Source of the DNA: Macrostomum hystrix
Lineage: Eukaryota; Animalia; Platyhelminthes
Assembly (NCBI GenBank): GCA_950097015.1
Contig: CATNEN010000038.1
Coordinates: 7,812,001 to 7,876,000, forward strand
DNA: 64,000 nt
Direction: 5' to 3'
Shown: positions 39,127 through 51,093 of the stretch, piece after piece
Numbering within the stretch: the stretch's first letter is position 1
Layout of the letters: every line of letters starts with the position of its first letter
Notes under the pieces: model-generated
Seen by the model: the letters and a program-made list of their open reading frames with translations, nothing else
What the model was told of the DNA's origin: nothing
Database searches by the model: none
Made by a program: the position numbers and the translations under genes

Positions 39127-42100
39127 CTAGCTCATCTGATTGATTGCTTCTGGCAGGTGACTCCGGCCTGGACTGTGACCTCACGGCGCTCCTGGCGCGC
39201 TGTGTTAAATAAAGAAAGTGATTGGTAACGATCCTTGTTAGATCTGTCACGAAAGTACCCTAATAGACTTAGAATATTAAGTATTTTACTCTGCAATTCA
39301 CGCATCCTTGGTTTTACGTTAAAGTTGCAATAAAAAAATACAATAGCATTGACAAAAACAGCGAAGAAATGCCAATTTTTGTTCTGATAACGATTGAGAC
39401 CTAGGTGGGATGTTGAGACACAGGTGGGATGTTGAGACCTAGGTGGGATGTTGAGACCTAGGTGGGATATTGAGACCTAGGTGGGATATTGAGACCTAGG
39501 TGCGATATTGAGACCCACAGGTGGGATATCGAGACCCACAGGTGGGATATTGAGACCCACAGGTGCGATATTGAGACCTAGGAGGGATGTTGAGACCTAG
39601 GTGGGATATTGAGACCTAGATGGGATGTTGAGACCTAGGTGGGATATTGAGACCTAGGTGGGATATTGAGACCCACAGGTGGGATGTTGAGACCTAGGTG
39701 GGATGTTGAGACCTAGGTGGGATGTTGAAACCTAGGTGGGATGTTGAGACCTAGGTGGGATGTTGAAACCTAGGTGGGATATTGAGACCCACAGGTGGGA
39801 TGTTGAGACCTAGGTGGGATGTTGAGACCTAGGTGGGATGTTGAAACCTAGGTGGGATGTTGAGACCTAGGTGGGATGTTGAGACCTAGGTGGGATATTG
39901 AGACCTAGATGGGATGTTGAGACCTAGGTGGGATATTGAGACCTAGGTGGGATATTGAGACCCACAGGTGGGATGTTGAGACCTAGGTGGGATGTTGAGA
40001 CCTAGGTGGGATGTTGAGACCTAGGTGGGATGTTGAGACCTAGGAGGGATGTTGAGACCTAGGTGGGATGTTGAGACCTAGGTGGGATGTTGAAACCTAG
40101 GTGGGATGTTGAGACCTAGGTGGGATATTGAAACCTAGGTGGGATATTGAGACCTAGGTGGGATATTGAGACCCACAGGTGGGATGTTGAGACCTAGGTG
40201 GGATGTTGAGACCCACAGGTGGGATGTTGAAACCTAGGTGGGATGTTGAGACCTAGGTGGGATGTTGAAACCTAGGTGGGATGTTGAGACCTAGGTGGGA
40301 TATTGAAACCTAGGTGGGATATTGAGACCTAGGTGGGATATTGAGACCCACAGGTGGGATGTTGAGACCTAGGTGGGATGTTGAGACCTAGGTGGGATGT
40401 TGAAACCTAGGTGGGATGTTGAGACCTAGGTGGGATGTTGAAACCTAGGTGGGATGTTGAGACCTAGGTGGGATGTTGAGACCTAGGTGTGATGTTGAGA
40501 CACAGGTGGGATATTTAGACACAGGTGGGATATTTAGGCACAGGTTGGATAATGAAGAAACAAGTGGGAAAGATGAATTACTTCAATAATCTTCAGTGGA
40601 GGTCCTGATTTACCATCAACCGACGCTTCAGTGACAGGAGGTCACTGTTCCAGCGAACTCCAAGCTGATATTCGCTGCTATTAGATGCTAATGCAGGATT
40701 AGTAGAGTTAGTTGGATTAGTAGGATTATCGGCGCCAGGCTGTGCGGAGCTCGGGGGATTTGGTGAGTGCACAGATTGACCAGTGTCTGCTGACCGTTCC
40801 GAATTTCTGGACAATCTGTAACCGAAGCTGGCCTGGTGGCTGACAAACTCGTCAACATCCTGATCGTCCTCTTCCTCCAACGAGTCGCTGCTAGTTGGTG
40901 TGGCCAAGCAGGACAGCGGAATCGCACATCGAGGGTTGAGCACAGTCTGGGTGAGTCAGTTTGGTTGGAATGAGTAACTCTCTGAAACTTAATTATTGTT
41001 AAAATTTAAGGGACAATATCGGCCGACTGCTTTTAATCACAGCAACATAAAAAAGGTAAATCCCAAAAGGGAGCCTGAGGGAATCCCGAATGGGAATCCC
41101 AAAGGGGTCCGAGGGAATCCCGAATGGGAATCCCAAAGGGATAAGAGGGAGTCCCGACTGGGAATCCCAAAGGGTCCGAGGGAATCCCGAATGGGAATCC
41201 CAAAGGGGTCCGAGGGAGTCCCAACTGGGAATCCCAAAGGGGTCCGAGGGAATCCCGAATGGGAATCCCAAAGGGGTCCAAGGGAATTCCGACAAGGAAT
41301 TCCTCAGGGGTTTGGGAAATCCCGAACGGTAATCCCACAGGGGTCCGAGGGAATCCCGAATGGGAATCACAAAGGGGTCCAAGGGAATCCTGACAAGGAA
41401 TTCCTCAGGGGTTTGGGAAATCCCGAACGGTAATCCCACAGGGGTCCGAGAGAATCCCGAAAAGAAATCCCAGAGAGAATCCCGAAGACAATTTTTAAGG
41501 GGTTTTCCTAAATTAACTACAAGGCAGAAATTTCGAGGAGCAAAATAACTCAAAGGTGAATTCCTGTTTAAATTCCAACGGGAAGTCCCAAAAAGGATCT
41601 TAATCGGGAAATCTCGGAGAAGAATCTCAATTGGGAATTTCATGAAGAAAAATTTGATTGGACCCGAAGCAGCTCACCCGGTTGCAGCACAGGGTGCCTC
41701 GTCCACCGCAGCAACAGAGGCAGTGCCCAGACGGCGAACTCGCGACCTCCTTACCGGTAATGCAGGATGACTTGTCGACGAAATGGTCTCCAAGGCGATG
41801 CGCTAGATGATGATGGTGATGCCAGTGCTTATGACGGCTGGATTCGCCAACGAGACCAGCTGTGGCCTGATTGCGTTCTGGCTCAAGTCCTTTGTTATCC
41901 GTGGGCTCTTCTAACAAGTTTTTATTATTAGTCTGTGTCGATCGGGTTAGATGTTTGAGTTTAGAAAGTCCTCTCAGTCCATTATGCTGCGTTGAACGAG
42001 TAACTTTTAAGAGTACGTATATATATATATATATACATGGAGTTCTGTTTGACAAGTTCGTTGCTGTCATTAGCTACTTGTAGGTACGTCTAACAGATAG

Positions 42101-45100
42101 ACACGTGTCTAACAGGCGTGTATCTGGCTAACAGGTGTGTATCTGGCTAACAGGTGTGTATCTGGCTAACAGGCGTGTATCTGGCTAACAGGTGTGTATC
42201 TGGCTAACAGGTGTGTATCTGGCTAACAGGTGTGTATCTGGCTAACAGGCGTGTATCTGTCTAATCGGTGTGTATCTGGCTAACAGGCGTGTATCTGTCT
42301 AATCGGTGTGTATCTATCTAATCGGTGTGTATCTGGCTAACAGGTGTGTATCTGTCTAATCGGTGTGTATCTGGCTAACAGGCGTGTATCTTTCTAATCG
42401 GTGTGTATCTGGCTAACAGGCGTGTATCTGGCTAACAGATGTGTATCTGGCTAACAGGTGTGTACCTGTCTAATCGGTGTGTATCTGGCTAACAGGCGTG
42501 TATCTGGCTAACAGATGTGTATCTGGCTAACAGGTGTGTATCTGGCTAACAGGCGTGTATCTGGCTAACAGGCGTGTATCTGGCTAACAGGCGTGTATCT
42601 GGCTAACAGGCGTGTATCTGGCTAACAGGCGTGTATCTGGCTAACAGGTGTGTATCTGTCAGACCGGACAAGTGACCGGGCTATAGCAGGCTGACTTGTG
42701 GCTGCTATAGGCTATGTGTCTATTGTTAAAGGACTCAATTAATGGTATGATATTGTTAGGTGCCAAACATCAACTGTTAGGTGCCAACTGTTAATCACTA
42801 GTGACTACTGCTGACAAGTAGGCTCTCAGGCCTGATCACGCGGGCATTATTCAGGCAGCCAAAGATACTCACACTGCCAGAGGCGCCGCCGCGGCGTGTA
42901 CAGGCCTCGCCTTTGGCAATAATCTCTGCTCCCTGTACGAGCGCCGGCCACGTGTAGTGGGACACCAACGGGGCCGTGAACTCGGAGTCAAAGGTGCGCC
43001 GGTATCTGGGGTGGGCCGAAGGGTGAATTGCGGGTTGTTCAGAATCATATAGTGAGGCGTGACTGATCATATAGTGAGGCGTGAGTGATCATAGAGTCAG
43101 GCATGAGTGATCATATAGTGAGGCGTGAGTGATCATAGAGTGAGGCGTGAGTGATCATAGAGTCAGGCATGAGTGATCATATAGTGAGGCGTGATTGATC
43201 ATATAGTGAGGCGTGAGTGATCATAGAGTGAGGCGTGAGTGATCATATAGTGAGGCGTGAGTGATCATAGAGTCAGGCATGAGTGATCATATAGTGAGGC
43301 GTGAGTGATCATATAGTGAGGCGTGAGTGATCATAGAGTCAGGCATGAGTGATCATATAGTGAGGCGTGAGTGATCATATAGTGAGGCGTGAGTGATCAT
43401 AGAGTGAGGCGTGAGTGATCATAGAGTGAGGCGTGAGTGATCATAGAGTCAGGCATGAGTGATCATATAGTGAGACGTGATTGATCATAGAGTCAGGCAT
43501 GAGTGATCATAGAGTGAGGCGTGACTGATCATAGAGTGAGGCGTGGGTGATCATAGAGTCAGTCATGAGTGATCATAGAGTCAGGCATGAGTGATCATGG
43601 AGTCAGGCATGAGTGATCATAGAGTCAGGCATGAGTGATCATAGAGTGAGGCGTGAGTGATCATAGAGTCAGGCATGAGTGATCATAGAGTCAGGCATGA
43701 GTGATCATAGAGTCAGGCATGAGGGATCATATAGTGAGGCGTGAGTGATCATAGAGTCAGGAATGAGTGATCATAGAGTGAGGCGTGAGTGATCATAGAG
43801 TCAGGCGTGAGTGATCATAGAGTCAGGCATGAGTGATCATATAGTGAGGCGTGAGTGATCATAGAGTCAGGCATGAGTGATCATGGAATGACTGAGTGAT
43901 CATATTCGAGCCGCGATCATGGGCAGCTGTCCTCACTTTCTCTCGTCAAAGACTTCGCCGTCATGGCAGCGAGACAATTCCAGCGGCTGAGCCAGCGCCA
44001 CCATCTCCCAGGCCAGCTGGCAGGCGGTGCGGATGAACGTTCCCAAGACGTCATAGCTTTTTCCGGGCGGCAAGTACAGGCGTTGGTCGCGGGATAGCGC
44101 ACGAATCACATCCTGAATAATTTCGAGAGGTTGACGAGCTTAATTTAATAGATTCTGGAATTTTTTTGTTGCAAATTGAAACTTTAAGGGTAACAACAAG
44201 GACAAAAAACTTTAAAATACCCAATGGGAAACCCTGAATGGGAAATCCCAAGGCATGAGTGATCAGGCAGGCCACTCGTCAATTACGAAAGTTCCCAATC
44301 CCTAATGGAAAATCCTAATGGGAAATCCAAATGGAAAATCTCGAATGGGGAATCCCAGATGGGAAATCCCGAATGGGAAATCTCGAATTGGAAATCCCGA
44401 ATGGGAAATCCCGAATGGGAAATCCCTAATGGAAAATCCCAATTCACTTCAATTGCAATTAAAATTCAGACCTCGGTCATGCCCTGCAGATCTTCTTGCT
44501 GGTGGTGGCAGTTGATGTAATCCTGCACCGCATCCTCAAGACTGTCAGGCCCGATGTGACTTAGCAGCAGCTGGGCTCGGACGCGACCTTTGAACTCCCG
44601 GAAGGTCAGCTTGGCTAGGGCGAACGCTTCCTATGTGCCAGATGATCAACTTATCGACTAACCTTAGGCTGAAAATTGTCTCCGAATGCGTGTATCCTGC
44701 CTCGCCGCGCCTCAGCCCCTGTCCTACTCTGCCTCAGCCCCTCCTACTCTGCCTCAGCCCCTCCTACTCTGCCTCAGCCCCTGTCCTACTCTGCCTCAGC
44801 CCCTGTCCTACTCTGCCTCAGCCCCTCCTACTCTGCCTCAGCCCCGGTCCTACTCTGCCTCAGCCCCTCCTACTCTGCCTCAGCCCCTGTCCTACTCTGC
44901 CTCAGCCCCTGTCCTACTCTGCCTCAGCCCCTCCTACTCTGCCTCAGCCCCTTGTCCTACTCTGCCTCAGCCCCTGTCCTACTCTGCCTCAGCCCCTCCT
45001 ACTCTGCCTCAGCTCCTGTCCTACTCTGCCTCAGCCCCTCCTACTCTGCCTCGCTAAATGAAAATTTAGAAAAATACCTGAACAGCGGCGCAAATAATTT

Positions 45101-47300
45101 TGCTATTATTTTCCTGGTCGTCATAGCAACGCCGTAAAGCTTCACTCGCGTCCAGCCTAGCAGAGCTGGCCAGCTCCAGGTAGCGAGTGATAAGGGCCTG
45201 AGAAGGTTTTAAGAAAAGGACAGCTATATGCATACAAGTGTGCAGCTTGAGGTGATTCTTTAGTCATTGCAATCTGATTTTTACCTGTTTCCTCGCGCGC
45301 AACAGTGGGTTGTTTTGCGACAGTGGCGACACCACAGGCGGCGGACCGTGCAGGCCCGCCATGTGAGCGTCAATCGATCTAGCTAGCCGCCCATCCGCTG
45401 TTGTTGGCGGCATCAGTGACGGTGGTGTTGGCGGCGGCGGAGGTGGCGGAGGCGTTGGTGGCGAATAAAAGTCCAGATAGGACCTGGTTCGCGGCACAGC
45501 CAATTCAGTCATTAGCGGCAGCGGCACCAGCGGTCCGTAAATTAGATCCCGCCTGGTGTGCAGGTCACAGATTTCGTCTCGCAATCGCCTAACCTGGCGA
45601 TCGTAGTCGCTGACAAGGTCAGCTCGAGACTGCAGGTGGCTGCGGGCCTGCTCGGCCTCAGATAGTCTGCGTTTGTTGGCAGTCAGGTGGGCAGTGAGGT
45701 GGGAAGTAAGTTGGGCAGTCAGGTAGGCAGTCAGGTGGACTGTCAGGTGGACAGTGGGGTAGGCATTCAGGTGGACTGTCAGGTTGGCAGTCAGGCGGAC
45801 AATCAGGTGGACAGTGGGTGGGCATTCAGGTGGACTGTCAGGTGGGCAGTCAGGTGGACAATCAGGTGGACAGTGGGTTGGGCAGTCAGGTGGACAGTGG
45901 GGTGGGCATTCAGGTGGACAATCAGGTGGGCAGTCAGTTGGGCAGTCAGGTGGACAATCAGGTGGGCAGTCAGGTGGGCAGTCAGGTGGACAATCAGGTG
46001 GACAGTGGGGTGAGCAGTCAGGTGGGCAGTCAGGTGGACAATCAGGTGGACAGTGGGGTGGGCAGTCAGGTGGACTGTCAGGTTGGCAGTCAGTTGGACA
46101 ATCAGGTGCAATTTTTGGAGAAGCCTCACCTGTGTCGCAGGGCGCGCAGCTCCGCTTCGGTGAACATCATCTCGCTGGCGGAGGCCCGGCCCTGCCTCTC
46201 CAGCTCCTGGCGCGAATTCTCCAGCCTAGAATCGCGGGTTGAAGTTTGGCGGTGCAGGTTGCGGTCAGAAACGCTGCATTAAAAACAGCCCAAATCCTGA
46301 AATCCGCAGCTTTTAAATACGAGTTGGTGAGCGCACCGGAAGTCAGAATTGCGCTTCCAGCCTCAAATTTTAGCTTCTGCTGATAGTCGACGGCAGAGGA
46401 AGGAGCAAAATTTAATTTTCAAATTCGAAACCGCTTCCTGTCTTGACAGCGCAATTCTAAAAGTTTCTTCCTGTGCTCGGCCCTGCTTTAAAAGCAGATC
46501 GTTGGGTTGAGTTCGAGCGACCGCAAGCAACTGAGATACACATAATTACTTTGAGAAGCCTTTGACTGCTCTGACTGCTTTGGTCCAAGGCCTTGAACAG
46601 GTTTCAATTTTCACGTAAAATCTCGATTTTAGATCTTTAGTAATACGAAACCTTGGATGTTTCTGAGGTTGTGCTATAATTAGTTTGATAGTCTCAGAAA
46701 AAAAGAATCAATTTTCAAAAATTACTCAGCCTTGATGTCCTTATTCTCGACTCTGGACTGCCTCAAATAAGCCTCCAGCTGAGCCAGCGAGTCCTCGTAG
46801 GACTGTCGAACCTCGGCCGCAAGTCGCTCCTTGCTAGCAGCCTCGGCGATGACGCTGAGAGAAGCGTCCGAGCTGAGTCCGCTGGCGAAGAAGCCCTGAC
46901 CCAGCAGGGGCAGCAGCCGTGACTTAATGCCAGCTGCGCCGGCTCCGTATAGCCGACCTGCGCTCGAAGGGAAAAGAATGTAATCAAAGCATTGAACAAA
47001 TATTTCGCGTGATCGTCTATCCTTTTAAACAGCTAGAAATTTTTCTATTTACCTTCAGAGGCGCAAAGGCTGAGCAGCTTAAAAAGCTGACCTTGAAGAC
47101 GAGCGTTGAGTTCAAAACCTGGCTTTGGCCAGGTTTTCATATGTTGTATTTGTCTGAAAAATACAAAAAACCATGTACAAGTGGTACCCTTACTGACCAC
47201 GTGCTTCGTATTTCCGAGGGTCTGCCCCTTGGATCGCCCAATTAGTTCATACTTCTCCATCAGTGTTCTCACCAGTTACCATCTCAGATTCTCGGTTGTA
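39127..47300 (-). CDS. SPATA18: SPATA18 / mitochondria-eating protein (Mieap) orthologue. Exons approx. 47053-47153, 46726-46957, (small unresolved exons 46330-46600), 46130-46273, 45285-45666, 45078-45197, 44472-44630, 43937-44112, 42873-43005, 41678-41932, 40614-40946, 39127-39199
   Basis: Spliced translation ALITRYLELASSARLDASEALRRC...IICAAVQEAFALAKLTFREFKGRVR...LEDAVQDYI...DVIRAL...[48 protein letters not shown] matches the MIEAP C-terminal domain (ARLDAxxxLRRC, YRRSYDSDFTAPLV, WPAL, KGEAVTRRG). Upstream coiled-coil. Joins from 46273 down to 39127 are phase-consistent GT-AG; the start codon was not located. Confidence 0.9.
39394..40545. repeat. Intronic minisatellite, 19/21-bp unit (TTGAGACCTAGGTGGGATG), ~59 copies
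   Basis: Direct tandem repetition in intron 39200-40613. Confidence 0.98.
41060..41485. repeat. Intronic minisatellite, ~34-bp unit (GAGGGAATCCCGAATGGGAATCCCAAAGGGGTCC)
   Basis: Tandem repetition in intron 40947-41677. Confidence 0.93.
42105..42660. repeat. Intronic minisatellite, 19-bp unit (TGTATCTGGCTAACAGGYG), ~29 copies
   Basis: Tandem repetition in intron 41933-42872. Confidence 0.97.
43045..43905. repeat. Intronic minisatellite, 22-bp unit (GAGTGATCATAGAGTSAGGCRT), ~39 copies
   Basis: Tandem repetition filling intron 43006-43936. Confidence 0.98.
44220..44440. repeat. Intronic degenerate minisatellite, ~14-bp unit (CCCGAATGGGAAAT)
   Basis: Tandem repetition in intron 44113-44471. 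Confidence 0.88.
44710..45053. repeat. Intronic minisatellite, 20/22-bp unit (CCTACTCTGCCTCAGCCCCT[GT]), ~16 copies
   Basis: Tandem repetition in intron 44631-45077. Confidence 0.97.
45675..46110. repeat. Intronic minisatellite, 12-bp base unit (CAGTCAGGTGGR)
   Basis: Tandem repetition filling intron 45667-46129. Confidence 0.96.
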
Positions 47301-49371
47301 ACCAAGAAATGGGAGCAACCAAGGGCCTTAATTATTTAAGGTTCCACCAAGGCGGAACTTCAGCTTATTTCGGGACACAAAAGACGATCAGGTCCACATT
47401 TAAATCGGTCTATAACCACCGCGCCAAGTGCCAAAGCCCTCAAGGACATTAGGCATTGTTTATTCAAGTGATTCGCAGTCGTATTAACTGGAAAAATAAG
47501 TGCTTTTTATAGGGTCATTATTTAAAATTTAAACAGAGTCCACTAAAATGCAATTGACGACCTGAATATTTAGTATATTTTTTTCTAGACTACATAAATA
47601 GACACCCAAAATTGCGTATACATAGCTTGTATTCGCTATTCCATTTCTGTAATTTTTTCCTGAAGATATGAGAAAGCATCGATATCCACTAAGCGCTGCA
47701 AAGACTCAGACATCAGGATTTAAATTATTTATTGAAGTTAGTCTTTGATGTTGTTTCGCTAAAATAAAGTCTAGCCAAGACAGTCGAGGTATGTATGCAG
47801 ACAAACCTAACAGAAAGCCATTAAACATTCGAAATTTCCCGTATCAAATAACAAATTATCTATATTAGATGCAAACTAAAACAAAAGAAAAATCGCGCTT
47901 TAGATGTGCTATGAAAATGTACACATTGGTGAGTTTTCCAACACTAGCATACAAAAAAGTGTGGTTTGCGTTCTGAGGAAGAGAAAATTTGTATCTAAAA
48001 TAAATTAAAAAAGTGGATGAGACAAATTGGATTGCGCAGACCATTTTACCAAGAACAAACGATCTGTTTCTAACATTTTCCGTGATTCTTGTAAACATTT
48101 CGAAGTGGCGATTAATGTTTAAACAGTTTCTTTAGAAAGTGTCTAATAAATTTGTGTCAAAACTTAGTGCTATGTTTTTATGAAGAATGTCCTCTCAAGA
48201 CTTAATAACTAAAGAACTTTTTTTCTGAAACAGCTTTGTTCTTTAAAAAATTAAAAAAAATATTTTTAATTTCGTGTATTGTTATTAACATACTTCTTTC
48301 TATGTTATTAGTTGCAAGTTCGCTGTAATAAATTACAGCGTAATTTCACATTGAAATAAAATTTTCACATTGCAAGCTGTGTAGCTGTAATTTTTGCAGA
48401 AAATAGTATAAACAAACCTATTAAACTTAACTACAATCTTACATCCTGGATCAATGGGTGGTAGTATTAGCGAGATTAGAGTAGGGGGCCTATAGTCTAG
48501 ACAAAATATTTTTGGTTTTTAATGATCTGTAGGGGGTGACCAGCATGGGTAATCCATAAATTAAAAAATCTTATTAACTAAGACCTAGCTATGAACAATT
48601 TATGCTAGGCCCTAATTTAAAATTAGAAATATATGAAGGAATTGAAAAGAATATTATCAGCTTCTAATCTGTCCTAGGACCTAGGTGTATTTATTAAAGA
48701 CTGCAGCACTGGAGAGTTGGGACCCAGATGCCAATTCTTTGCCAGCTTGCAGCAGCTGTCTTCGCAGGAAATGTCTGGACCTTCAATGTTGCCAATTCTT
48801 ATGGCCTAGGCCTATAGCTATATCAAAACAGGCAACCTCTGGCTGTGGCCTGTGGGAAATCCACTGAGCTTTAATCACAGTACTTCATGCCCAAACAATA
48901 AATAAACCGGTTTCAATATTTGTCATTTGAATTTTAATTGTTGTATATGAAACATTTATTTAAAGTTAGGCCTTTACATATAGCAGATTTTCTGCTTTTA
49001 GTTCTATAAGATATTAGTTAATAAAATGGGCCAATTTTCTAGATTCCTTTTTATTGTAATTTTAATAGATTTTAGATTTCCTAAAGGCTAAATAGTAAAA
49101 TTTAAGAAATTGTGCAGAGTATTAAGTAGTCATGCACAATCCTATATCTTTCAATTCAGTATTTAGAGAATCTAAAAACCTATTAAAACAATTATGTATA
49201 CAAGTTAATAAAATAGCATAATGTTTTTAGAGACTTTTTAATATTATTAATTTTTTTCATAGACAATGTAGTCTTTTTTGTAGACTATATTAGTATTATA
49301 AGCTAGTTTTTCCTGTAAAATTAATTTTTTTTCATTTCATTCTTTCAAAAGTAAAAATTTAATTTTATTTA

Positions 49372-50011
49372 GGGTAATGTATCATCAACCAAACAAGAAT
49401 GTGTATTTTTTACTTCAAACCTAAGCTACAGATTTTCTATTTAAGATATGATGATAATTCAAAAGCCAAGTTATAGAAAACAGTTACATCTTTATAAAAA
49501 GTATCTGCTTTTGCTATTTTATCAAATATAAAAAAAGTTTTTCCTGCTTTTTATCTAAAACCAAACAATGATTTTCATGTATCTTCAAACCAAACAGAGA
49601 ATTTGATGTTTGGTTTTACAATTTGAGTGATTGGTTTAATCTTATTTTAAGGAGTGAACTATCATGAATTATGTAATTTGAAAGCATTTTTCATGCTCTA
49701 TAAATAACTACATTTATGGTCATTTAATTGGCAAGCAACCACATACAATCTTCGTCTAAAGTACATACAGAAAAATGTTGTTAAAAAGTATGCTTTTGCA
49801 ATAAAAATTTCTACTGAAACATCAATATCTTTCTTTCCTCTTAATGCTTCATTGCACATCATGCCTCAGCTTGTAGATAATTTCTTCAACTTTCAAATTA
49901 GTTGTTCTGTGAAACACAATTGCTTGTTTCTGTCTTGCACGAGACCAAGGAAGAGGTCAAAATTCTTGTTCAGTTTTGAAGATACACTGTTCGGTTGATG
50001 ATACATTACCC
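49372..50011. mobile_element. MITE / non-autonomous DNA transposon (640 bp) with TA TSD
   Basis: TIR GGGTAATGTATCATCAACC(A/G)AACA at both ends in inverted orientation, each flanked by TA; internal TIR-like copy near 49578. Confidence 0.82.
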
Positions 50012-51093
50012 TAACAACTTTTTTCCATAATTTAGTAAGGCAGACCATCTTTTTGTTTGTAAGTTAAAAAGTTTGCAAAAACTTTATGTCCTATTGCACA
50101 TTTATTTATCTACACAAAATAGTATAAGAAAGAGGCCTAGAGAAGCACAAAGATTCAAAGAGGTGGTATGACAGTCTTTGCCAAACCCTTTGACTTTGCA
50201 TGTTGACCAACCCCACCTCAACTAGACTGGGGTTGAGGGGTTTTGAGTGTAGCTAGCCAGTTACATATCTATTGACTGCTACATTAGGCTTATTTTAAAT
50301 GTAAGCTATAACCTAGGCCTAGACTTGGTTATTAGAAGATCTCATTAGTAAGCTCAAAAAAACATACACAAGTGTTCATAACAATTGGATACTACAATGT
50401 TTCTACAATGAAATGTGACAACCTCAGTGCTAAATTGATCATTTGCTATATGTTTTGGCCATTAAAATTTGGCTGAAATCAAAATCATGGTGATCATAAA
50501 TCATTGCAATCAGTCCGGATTGCTGATGGCATTAAGTCTAATTCTTAAGCTGACACTACAAAAAGCAAAGAAGCAAATTTAGGGAAAATTCAGGAGCAAT
50601 TTGATTCAATTATGCATACTTTGGCCAAGTATGAAAAGGCTAAGTAGAGGAGCAAAATTGTCAAAGGAATTTGGAAGCAGTGCAGGCTGAGCAGCAAAAA
50701 GTCACAGTGCATTAACTTTCATTGCATTAGCCTCTAGTGGATTATAGATTTATAGCTAATCCTGACTAGGTGTAATGTCTTCTATATATCTATTAGCCAC
50801 AAGTTATGATATAATAAAAAAGACTAGTATTTTCAGATTGTCCACACATCTTGTCTGAATAATATACAGTTGCTTAATTATTATTTAGTTTTATTGTCAT
50901 AAAATTTTTCAACCTATATGTATGTTTGCGTATTTAAAGTGAAATCAGTTCAAGCAATTCAGTTGCTGAAACCTGTCCCTCTCCACCTGCAATTGCAGAC
51001 ATGCCAGGCTAGTTCAACTCAGCAGATTCCTATCAGACCTTTGCGCAACGCACAGCTGTGACTGACTGGATCCGCTCTAGCAGCGTGCCCGGC

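Noticed and set aside
38783-39130. (ERIE)n ORF resembling a single alpha-helix or coiled-coil protein
   Set aside because: It is the antisense reading of a 12-bp array bounded by minus-strand splice sites, and it has no ATG start (TTG).
44220-44440. Cluster of NF-kB-like sites (GGGAAATCCC)
   Set aside because: The multiplicity comes from tandem amplification, and there is no independent evidence of a regulatory role.
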